The translations under genes and the position numbers were made by a program. This document shows positions 56,738-64,000 of a stretch of DNA of 64,000 nt, in pieces. The notes beneath the pieces are model-generated. The model ran no database searches, was not told the DNA's origin, and saw only the letters and a program-made list of their open reading frames with translations. Source of the stretch: Gemmatimonadales bacterium (GTDB taxonomy: Bacteria > Gemmatimonadota > Gemmatimonadetes > Gemmatimonadales > GWC2-71-9); assembly GCA_041615815.1 (NCBI GenBank), contig JBFJCP010000007.1, positions 1 through 64,000 of the forward strand, written 5' to 3'. The stretch's first letter is position 1. Each line of letters opens with the position of its first letter.

Positions 56738-59629
56738 ATGCCACATAACTCGGAAACTGCCGGAGGGTTCGTGTCGCGGCACGTGGGGCCGCGTGCCGAG
56801 GACGTGGAGGCGATGTTGGCGACCCTGGGATACGCGTCCTTGGACACGTTGGCCGACGCCGTGGTCCCCTTGGACATTCGGATGGATCGGCCCCTCGAGT
56901 TGCCTGCGGCGCGCAGCGAGCACGAGGTGCTTCGAGCGCTCCGGACGATCGCGAACGACAACGAGCTGTACCGTTCGTACATCGGGATGGGTTATGCTGA
57001 CTGCATTGTGCCGCCCGTGATTCAGCGCAACATCCTGGAGAACCCGGGCTGGTATACGGCGTACACGCCCTACCAGGCGGAGATCGCCCAGGGACGGTTG
57101 GAAGCGTTGCTCAACTTCGAGACGATGATCGTGGATCTGACCGGACTCGAAATCGCCAACGCATCCTTGCTCGACGAGGCCACCGCCGCGGCGGAGGCGA
57201 TGGCTTTGACACTCGCCGCTGCCAAGACGAAACGCGACCCCATCTACCTGGTGGATGTCGGGTGCCACCCGCAGACCATCGCGGTCGTCGAAACACGGGC
57301 GGAGGCCCGCGGGGTCACGATCGAGGTGGGCGACCCTTCCGACTTTGCGGCTCGGGACGGGGTCATCGGGGCGCTTGTCCAGTATCCATCCACCGAGGGG
57401 CGAATCGAGGATTTTCGTTCGTTGTGTGATCGTCTGCATTCGGGTGGCGCGCTCGTGTCAGCCGCGTGTGACCTGTTGAGTCTCGCGCTGCTCCGGCCAC
57501 CGGGGGCATGGGGAGCCGACGTGGCCGTTGGCAACAGTCAGCGATTCGGTGTTCCGCTGGGATATGGAGGACCCCACGCGGCATTCTTCGCGACACGGGA
57601 ACGCTTCAAACGCCAGATCCCCGGCCGGATCATCGGTGTGACCAAAGACGTGGCGGGACGGCCCGCCTTGCGAATGGCACTCCAGACGCGCGAGCAGCAC
57701 ATCCGGCGCGAGCGAGCCACGAGCAACATCTGTACGGCGCAGGTGCTGCTCGCCGTCATGGCCGGCATGTACGCCGTGTACCACGGACCCGCCGGCATTC
57801 ATCGGATCGCCGGGCACGTGCACGCGATGACTCGTGCACTCGCAGCCGCGCTCCGACGTCTCGGCTATCAGCTGGCCCACGAAACGTTCTTCGACACCCT
57901 CACGATCGAGGTCGATCCCGCGGCAGCCAAGCAGATCCACGCTGCCGCACGGCAGCGGCGGATCAATCTCCGGACAATCGCTCCAGACCGGATTGGCGTG
58001 ACGCTGGACGAACCCACCTGCCTCGACGACGTGGCGGACCTGGTCGCCGCCTTCGCCCTCGACGACCACGTGACGTTCGTACCCACGGATCTGTTGGATG
58101 ACGCGCCGTCAGGCATTCCCACCGGCCTCGCTCGATCCACGCCATACCTCCAACATCCCGTGTTCAACCGGTACCACTCGGAAACCGAGATGTTGCGCTA
58201 CATGAAGAAGCTCGAGGATCGAGACCTCGCGTTGAACTCGGCCATGATTCCGTTGGGCTCCTGCACGATGAAGCTCAACGCCACCACCGAAATGATTCCC
58301 GTGAGCTGGCCGGAATTCAACGCGCTGCATCCGTTTGCGCCGACGGACCAGGCCCGCGGTTACGGTCGGATGTTCCGGGAATTGGAAGCACACTTGGCTG
58401 AGATCACGGGCTTCGCCGCTGTGTCGTTGCAGCCCAACGCCGGGGCGCAAGGAGAGTACACGGGCCTGCTGGTGATTCGGGCGCATCACATCGACTCGGG
58501 CGAGGGTCACCGCAACGTGTGCTTGATTCCGCAGTCCGCTCACGGCACCAATCCCGCCAGCGCCATCATGGCCGGGTTCGAAGTCGTCGCGGTCAGGACC
58601 GATGACCGTGGCAATGTGGATGTCGACGATCTCCGAACGAAAGCGGAACACCATCGGAAGCGCCTCGCCGCCTTGATGGTCACGTATCCGTCCACCCATG
58701 GAGTCTTCGAGACCGCCATCCGGGAGATTTGTGCGATCGTCCACGCCGCCGGGGGACTGGTATACATGGACGGTGCCAACATGAACGCGCTCGTGGGACT
58801 CAGCCGCCCCGCCGATTTCGGCGCCGATGTGTGCCACCTCAATCTCCACAAGACGTTCTGCATTCCGCACGGCGGTGGCGGACCGGGAATGGGACCGATC
58901 GGCGTCGTCGAACGCTTGGCGCCGTACCTGCCGGACCATCCGGTCGTCCCGCTGGGAATCGCGAAGCCCTGCGGCACCGTATCGGCGGCACCGTGGGGCA
59001 GCCCATCGATTCTCCCGATCTCCTGGGCGTATCTGGCTCTCATGGGACCGGATGGCCTGACCCAAGCCACCAAGGTGGCGATCCTCAGCGCGAACTACAT
59101 CGCCAAGCGCCTTGCCGGGCACTACGACCTCCTCTACGCCGGTGATCGTGGACTGATTGCGCACGAGTGCATCATCGAGACCCGTCCGTTCAAGGCTTCC
59201 GCCGGCATCGAGGTCGAGGACATTGCCAAGCGCCTCATGGACTACGGCTTTCATGCACCGACGATCTCGTTCCCCGTCCCGGGGACCATGATGGTCGAGC
59301 CCACCGAGAGCGAGTCCAAGGAAGAGTTGGATCGTTTTTGTGACGCGATGATCGCCATTCGCGAAGAGATACGAGAGATCGAGGAGGGACGCGCAGATCG
59401 GGAGCACAACCTCCTCAAGTACGCGCCGCACACGGCGACCGACGTGGTCGCCGACGACTGGAACCGACCGTATGCGCGCGAGCGTGCCGCGTTTCCGTCG
59501 CCGCACACGCGCGAGCACAAGGTATGGCCGGCCGTGGGCCGTGTGGACGCGGCCTACGGTGACCGAAATCTGGTCTGCACGTGTCCCCCTATGGAGGAAT
59601 ACGCGCTCGCAACAGAGGGTATCTCCTGA
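56738..59629 (+). CDS. gcvP: Glycine dehydrogenase (decarboxylating), single chain
   Basis: [50 protein letters not shown]. Confidence 0.97.
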   Translation: MPHNSETAGGFVSRHVGPRAEDVEAMLATLGYASLDTLADAVVPLDIRMDRPLELPAARSEHEVLRALRTIANDNELYRSYIGMGYADCIVPPVIQRNILENPGWYTAYTPYQAEIAQGRLEALLNFETMIVDLTGLEIANASLLDEATAAAEAMALTLAAAKTKRDPIYLVDVGCHPQTIAVVETRAEARGVTIEVGDPSDFAARDGVIGALVQYPSTEGRIEDFRSLCDRLHSGGALVSAACDLLSLALLRPPGAWGADVAVGNSQRFGVPLGYGGPHAAFFATRERFKRQIPGRIIGVTKDVAGRPALRMALQTREQHIRRERATSNICTAQVLLAVMAGMYAVYHGPAGIHRIAGHVHAMTRALAAALRRLGYQLAHETFFDTLTIEVDPAAAKQIHAAARQRRINLRTIAPDRIGVTLDEPTCLDDVADLVAAFALDDHVTFVPTDLLDDAPSGIPTGLARSTPYLQHPVFNRYHSETEMLRYMKKLEDRDLALNSAMIPLGSCTMKLNATTEMIPVSWPEFNALHPFAPTDQARGYGRMFRELEAHLAEITGFAAVSLQPNAGAQGEYTGLLVIRAHHIDSGEGHRNVCLIPQSAHGTNPASAIMAGFEVVAVRTDDRGNVDVDDLRTKAEHHRKRLAALMVTYPSTHGVFETAIREICAIVHAAGGLVYMDGANMNALVGLSRPADFGADVCHLNLHKTFCIPHGGGGPGMGPIGVVERLAPYLPDHPVVPLGIAKPCGTVSAAPWGSPSILPISWAYLALMGPDGLTQATKVAILSANYIAKRLAGHYDLLYAGDRGLIAHECIIETRPFKASAGIEVEDIAKRLMDYGFHAPTISFPVPGTMMVEPTESESKEELDRFCDAMIAIREEIREIEEGRADREHNLLKYAPHTATDVVADDWNRPYARERAAFPSPHTREHKVWPAVGRVDAAYGDRNLVCTCPPMEEYALATEGIS

Positions 59630-59637
59630 CGGCCGGG

Positions 59638-60393
59638 GTGGGTTGGACCCTTCTACTCGAGACCGAAGGGCGTCGAGGATCCGAGAACATGGCGGTCGAT
59701 CACTCCCTCTTGCGGGCCGCGCAAGAGGGAGTGGCGTTTCTCCGGCTCTACCGTTGGTCTCCGGCCTGTCTCTCGTTTGGTCGTAACGAAACGGCCCGAA
59801 CGCGCTACGACGCCGCAGCCATCCGCCGCCTCGGGTTGGACACCGTCCGCCGCCCCACCGGCGGGCGGGCGGTGTGGCACGACTCGGAATTGACGTACGC
59901 CGTGGCCGCACCCTGCACCGTGTTTGGCACTCTCGCGGAGACGTACATTACCATTCACCGCATGTTGGCCGATGCGCTCCGGCGTCTCGGCGTCCCGGTG
60001 GCGCTGGCGCCGCGCCGGAGCCGCGCGCCGCGGCTGGCTGCCGGTGCGTGCTTCGCGACCGCGGTGGGTGGCGAACTCGTCGTCCGCAATGCAAAACTCG
60101 TTGGGAGCGCCCAGGTGCGGGAAGGAGCCGCATTCTTGCAGCACGGATCCGTCTTGTTGCAGAACGACCAAGATATCGTTACCGACGTCACCTGTGGCCC
60201 ACGGACGTCAGCGAAGGCCATCTCGCTGACGGAGGCCCTGGGCCAGAAGACCCCGATCCCGTTTGACCCGGTGGCGTGCGCCATTGCCGAGGCGGCCCGT
60301 CGTGCATGGGCGGGCTGTTGGACCGAGGGCGTCCCACCGATCGTGACAGACGTCTGGCGGTACGGGGACGACGCGTGGACATGGCGCGCCTAA
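59638..60393 (+). CDS. Lipoate-protein ligase A family (LipM-like octanoyltransferase)
   Basis: NMAVD, LRLYRW, RRPTGGRAVWH, KLVGSAQ, QHGS; start may be CTG 59626. Confidence 0.88.
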   Translation: MGWTLLLETEGRRGSENMAVDHSLLRAAQEGVAFLRLYRWSPACLSFGRNETARTRYDAAAIRRLGLDTVRRPTGGRAVWHDSELTYAVAAPCTVFGTLAETYITIHRMLADALRRLGVPVALAPRRSRAPRLAAGACFATAVGGELVVRNAKLVGSAQVREGAAFLQHGSVLLQNDQDIVTDVTCGPRTSAKAISLTEALGQKTPIPFDPVACAIAEAARRAWAGCWTEGVPPIVTDVWRYGDDAWTWRA

Positions 60394-60413
60394 CCCCCCA
60401 CGATGGGGAACCC

Positions 60414-62069
60414 ATGAAGAAGCGCATACGGCTGACGGTCTGGGCAGCGGCCTTCGTGTTCACGGGCGCCGCGGGATGTGCTCCCGATGTGCGATGTCCC
60501 ACCGATTGGTGCGGGACGGTGGTTGTGATCACCGGAGCCGAACCCAGTACGCTGCTGCCACCGTTCACGCAGTTCGACGTCGAGATCGGCATCTCGGATC
60601 TCCTGTTTCTCAAGCTCGCCGATCTTGGGACGGATTTGAACACGATCGATCCCGAAACATTCGAGCCGAGGCTCGCGGCAAGCTGGGCGTTCGAAGACTC
60701 TCTCACCCTACGCCTCGACCTGGATCCAGCGGCCCGGTGGCACGACGGCACACCCGTCACTGCCAGTGACGTGGTGTTCACCTTTGACATGTACCGTGAC
60801 TCGTCGATTGCGGCACGGGCCCGCAGCCGGATCAGCCGGATCGCCTCGGTGTCAGCGCGCGACGGCCGATCGGTCGAGATCCGGTTCGACCGCGCCTATC
60901 CGGAGAGCTTTTTCGACGCCGTGTACCACGTGCGGGTACTCCCCAAACACCTGCTCGACACCATACCCCGTTCCGCACTGGCCACCCATAGCATTGCCCG
61001 CCGGCCCATGGGAAACGGCCCGTTTCGACTCACGCGATGGAATACTGGCGAGCTCATGGATTTCGCCGCCGATTCGTCGTTCTTTCTGGGCCGTCCGGGT
61101 CCTCGCCGGATCGTGTGGCGCTTCGCCGGCGATCCCTCCGCCGCAGCCACCCAGGTACTGGCCGGAGAGGCCGACTTCCTGAATGCGCTCCGACGAGACG
61201 ACATCAGCCGGGTCGAAGCCGACGAGCGCGTGCAGGTGATCCCGTATCCGAGCGTCGCCTACGCCTACATCGTGTTCAACCTTCGGGACCCTCGCGAACC
61301 GAGCCAGCCCCATCCGATCTTTCGCGACCGTACCGTGCGTCGTGCCCTCGCTATGGCCGTGAACCGCAGCGGGATCGTCCGGGCCGTCCGAGGAGACTGG
61401 GGCAACGTCCCGCCCGGTCCGGTGACGCGAGCGCTCTCCATCTGGGACGAAGACCTCGGCGCGTGGCCGTTTGACACGACCCAGGCGCGCACGCTGCTGG
61501 ACAGCGCCGGCTGGCGGGACACCGATGGCAACGGCATACGCGACCGCGGGGGCCAGCCGCTGCGGTTCGAGCTCGTTTTGCCGAACAGTAGTAACGACCG
61601 ACAGCGTTCCGCCGTCATCGTGCAGGAGCAGCTGCGCCGGGTGGGGGTGGAGATGGTCATCACGCCGCTGGATCCCGGCACCTGGATCGAGCGGTCCACG
61701 AGTGGGCAGTTCGACGCCAACTTCGGAGCCCGCAACCAGGATCCCAGTCCCGGAACGATTCTGGAGGCGTGGTCGTCCGCCGGGATTGGCGCCGACAATT
61801 GGGCGCAGTACGTCAATCCGACCGTGGACAGCCTCTTCCGTGCGGCGCTGGAGACCTACGATCCGGACGCCGCCGTGGCTGCATGGCGCGACGCGATCCG
61901 CCGCATCAATCAGGACACGCCGGCTATCTGGATGTACTCACCCGTTCAGGCGGCAGCGGTCCATCGCCGAATCCTGAACCCGAGCATCCGGCCCGACGAA
62001 TGGTGGGCGACCCTGTGGACCTGGCGTGTGTCACCGAACGCCCTCCTCGCTCGAGACGTGATCAACTAG
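60414..62069 (+). CDS. Peptide ABC transporter substrate-binding lipoprotein (OppA/AppA-like)
   Basis: Lipobox AAGC; WHDGTPVTASDVVFT, GNGPF, VRRALAMAVNR. Confidence 0.9.
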   Translation: MKKRIRLTVWAAAFVFTGAAGCAPDVRCPTDWCGTVVVITGAEPSTLLPPFTQFDVEIGISDLLFLKLADLGTDLNTIDPETFEPRLAASWAFEDSLTLRLDLDPAARWHDGTPVTASDVVFTFDMYRDSSIAARARSRISRIASVSARDGRSVEIRFDRAYPESFFDAVYHVRVLPKHLLDTIPRSALATHSIARRPMGNGPFRLTRWNTGELMDFAADSSFFLGRPGPRRIVWRFAGDPSAAATQVLAGEADFLNALRRDDISRVEADERVQVIPYPSVAYAYIVFNLRDPREPSQPHPIFRDRTVRRALAMAVNRSGIVRAVRGDWGNVPPGPVTRALSIWDEDLGAWPFDTTQARTLLDSAGWRDTDGNGIRDRGGQPLRFELVLPNSSNDRQRSAVIVQEQLRRVGVEMVITPLDPGTWIERSTSGQFDANFGARNQDPSPGTILEAWSSAGIGADNWAQYVNPTVDSLFRAALETYDPDAAVAAWRDAIRRINQDTPAIWMYSPVQAAAVHRRILNPSIRPDEWWATLWTWRVSPNALLARDVIN

Positions 62070-62076
62070 GCGTCGC

Positions 62077-63051
62077 GTGGCCCGGTCCGTCGCGCTCCGG
62101 GTGTTGCAGGCGGTGGTGATCGTCTTCCTGGTCGCTACGTTCACCTTTGTTCTGCTGCATCTCGCTCCCGGCGACCCCTTTGCCGCGCGGGCGGAGGCAT
62201 CGGCGTTTGCGGATACCGGACTCTTGGAGCAGCACCGCCGCAACTGGGGCCTCGATCAGCCGCTCCACCTGCAATACCTCCGCTACCTCGGGCGCCTGGC
62301 CCGCGGGGACCTCGGGATCTCGTTCTCTGAGCGCCGCCCGGCCTGGGACGCCATCCGCGAGCGCATCCCGAACACGTTGCTTCTGGCCGGCGCCGCGCTG
62401 ATCGTCGATTTCTTGCTTGGCATCGCGATCGGAGTCATCCAAGGCATTCGCCCCAAGTCGCGCACCGACGATGCGCTGTCCCTCGTGAGCCTCACCCTCT
62501 ACTCCATCCCGGTGTTCTGGCTCGGCATCATGCTCGTCCTGCTCTTCGCGGTCCAGCTCGATTGGCTGCCGGCTGGTGGAGCCACCGATGCCGTGGCGTA
62601 CCCGTCACTGCCGGTCCTGGGCAAAATGTGGGATCGTCTCGTGCACCTCGCGCTGCCCGCGTTCACGCTCGGCATCGTGGGTGCTGCCTCGACCGCCCGG
62701 TACGAGCGCGCGGCCATGCTCGAGACGATCGGCCAGGACTTCATTCGCGCAGCCAGAGCCAAAGGACTCGACGAACGCCTGGTCGTTTTGCGGCATGCAC
62801 TGCGCAACGCTTTGCTGCCGGTGATCACACTCCTGGGACTGTCGCTCCCCATTCTGCTTTCGGGCGCCGTGCTCGTGGAAACCGTGTTCACGTGGCCGGG
62901 GCTCGGCCGGCTGGCCGTGGAATCGATCTTCGAGCGTGACTATTACGTGGTCAGCGGCGCGGCGATGCTCTCGGCGGCGCTGGTCGTGATGGGCAACCTC
63001 GCCGCTGATGTCCTGTATGCGGTCGTGGACCCGCGGACCCGAGCCCAATGA
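62077..63051 (+). CDS. Peptide ABC permease (OppB/AppB-like)
   Basis: LAPGDP, GDLGISF, ARAKGL...HALRNA. Confidence 0.92.
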   Translation: MARSVALRVLQAVVIVFLVATFTFVLLHLAPGDPFAARAEASAFADTGLLEQHRRNWGLDQPLHLQYLRYLGRLARGDLGISFSERRPAWDAIRERIPNTLLLAGAALIVDFLLGIAIGVIQGIRPKSRTDDALSLVSLTLYSIPVFWLGIMLVLLFAVQLDWLPAGGATDAVAYPSLPVLGKMWDRLVHLALPAFTLGIVGAASTARYERAAMLETIGQDFIRAARAKGLDERLVVLRHALRNALLPVITLLGLSLPILLSGAVLVETVFTWPGLGRLAVESIFERDYYVVSGAAMLSAALVVMGNLAADVLYAVVDPRTRAQ

Positions 63052-63887
63052 GCATGTCCTGGCTCCGCCGCCTGCTGCGTCACAGGCGGACACGTTTGGG
63101 ATTCGGGCTCGTCGGAGCGTTGGCGCTCGTCGCGGCGCTTGCACCGGTCCTCACTCCGTACGATCCCACCACCCAACTCGATCTCGCAACGGGGCAACTG
63201 CTGAGCCCTTCCGTACGCCACCCGTTCGGCACCGACTTTTTCAGTCGTGATCTCCTGAGCCGGGTGTTGTTTGGCGGACGGATCTCCCTCGCGGTGGCGT
63301 TTCTTTCGGTCTTCCTCTCCGTCACGATTGGCACGGTCGTGGGGTGGGTGGCTGGGATGGCGGGCGGGATTCTCGAGAGCATCACCATGCGTCTCGTGGA
63401 TGCCGCACTGGCCATCCCCCGGATCTTTCTTCTCCTGGTTGTCCTCGCCTTGTGGAGCGATCTTGGCGTCATGGCGCTGATCCTGATTCTCGGTCTCACG
63501 AGCTGGTTCGGCACGAGTCGCCTCGTGCGGGCCGAAGTCCTGAGCCTCAAGGAACGGGAGTTCGTCGTGGCGGCGCGGGCGCTCGGCATCGGGCGACTCC
63601 GGATGTTTGCCCGTCACGTGCTCCCCAATGTGGCGGGGCCCATCATCGTCACCGCGACGCTGGGCATGGGGCACATGATTCTCATTGAAGCGGGGATCTC
63701 TTTTCTCGGTGTCGGCATTCAACCACCCACGCCTTCGTGGGGCAACATCATACGCGAGGGACAGGAGCTGTTGGCGGCGGCACCATGGATCTCGATCTTC
63801 CCCGGCATCGCCATCGTCGTCACGGTGATTGGATTCAGCCTCATCGGGGACGGTCTCCGAGACACCCTCGACCCCCGCGCCCAATGA
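63048..63887 (+). CDS. Peptide ABC permease (OppC/AppC-like)
   Basis: HPFGTD, FVVAARALG, HVLPN, PSWG, GDGLRD. Confidence 0.92.
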   Translation: MSMSWLRRLLRHRRTRLGFGLVGALALVAALAPVLTPYDPTTQLDLATGQLLSPSVRHPFGTDFFSRDLLSRVLFGGRISLAVAFLSVFLSVTIGTVVGWVAGMAGGILESITMRLVDAALAIPRIFLLLVVLALWSDLGVMALILILGLTSWFGTSRLVRAEVLSLKEREFVVAARALGIGRLRMFARHVLPNVAGPIIVTATLGMGHMILIEAGISFLGVGIQPPTPSWGNIIREGQELLAAAPWISIFPGIAIVVTVIGFSLIGDGLRDTLDPRAQ

Positions 63888-64000
63888 ATCCGTTGCTCCG
63901 CGTGCGTCATCTCAGCACCAACTTCCCCACCGATCGCGGGATTGCGCACGCCGTTGACGACGTCTCCTTCGACCTCTACCCTCGCGAAACGCTCGGGCTC
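63884..64000 (+). CDS. Peptide ABC ATPase (OppD/AppD-like), 3'-truncated by window edge
   Basis: MNPLLRVRHLSTNF...AVDDVSFDLYPRETLGL; ATGA overlap. Confidence 0.85.
   Translation, partial: MNPLLRVRHLSTNFPTDRGIAHAVDDVSFDLYPRETLGL

Overview
High-GC bacterial chromosomal window. The gene content (Ser/Thr kinase with TolB-like and TPR domains, many secreted amidohydrolases and lipoproteins) suggests Gemmatimonadota, which is an inference. About 60 CDSs, mostly housekeeping or metabolic: gyrB, two acyl-CoA ligases, family-5 UDG, a GldA/GldF-G/DUF4340 ABC system, a regulator-uppS operon, an ada-like gene, tesA-ybbA-ybbP, thymidine phosphorylase, folE, tdk, coaE, gcvH-gcvP-lipoate ligase and an Opp/App peptide ABC transporter. 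I saw no tRNA, rRNA, CRISPR array or mobile element. Main observations: (1) a tightly coupled minus-strand gene run (38065-52746) containing an archaeal-style nurA-herA-mre11-rad50 DNA-end resection set, with two paralogous signal-peptide proteins inserted in its middle; (2) at the head of that run, a hidden PrdB-like selenoprotein (in-frame UGA in a UxxC motif plus a SECIS hairpin) that the ORF track splits in two; (3) a terminator-like hairpin inside the gyrB leader; (4) several apparently catalytically dead domains (DEAD-box/DbpA pseudo-helicase, CoaE fused to a degenerate PIG-L domain, YcnI-like protein without its N-terminal His); (5) an unlisted 52-aa membrane protein, a candidate structured RNA before tdk, and intergenic heptamer repeats. 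All family calls come from motif recognition by eye; no database search was run.
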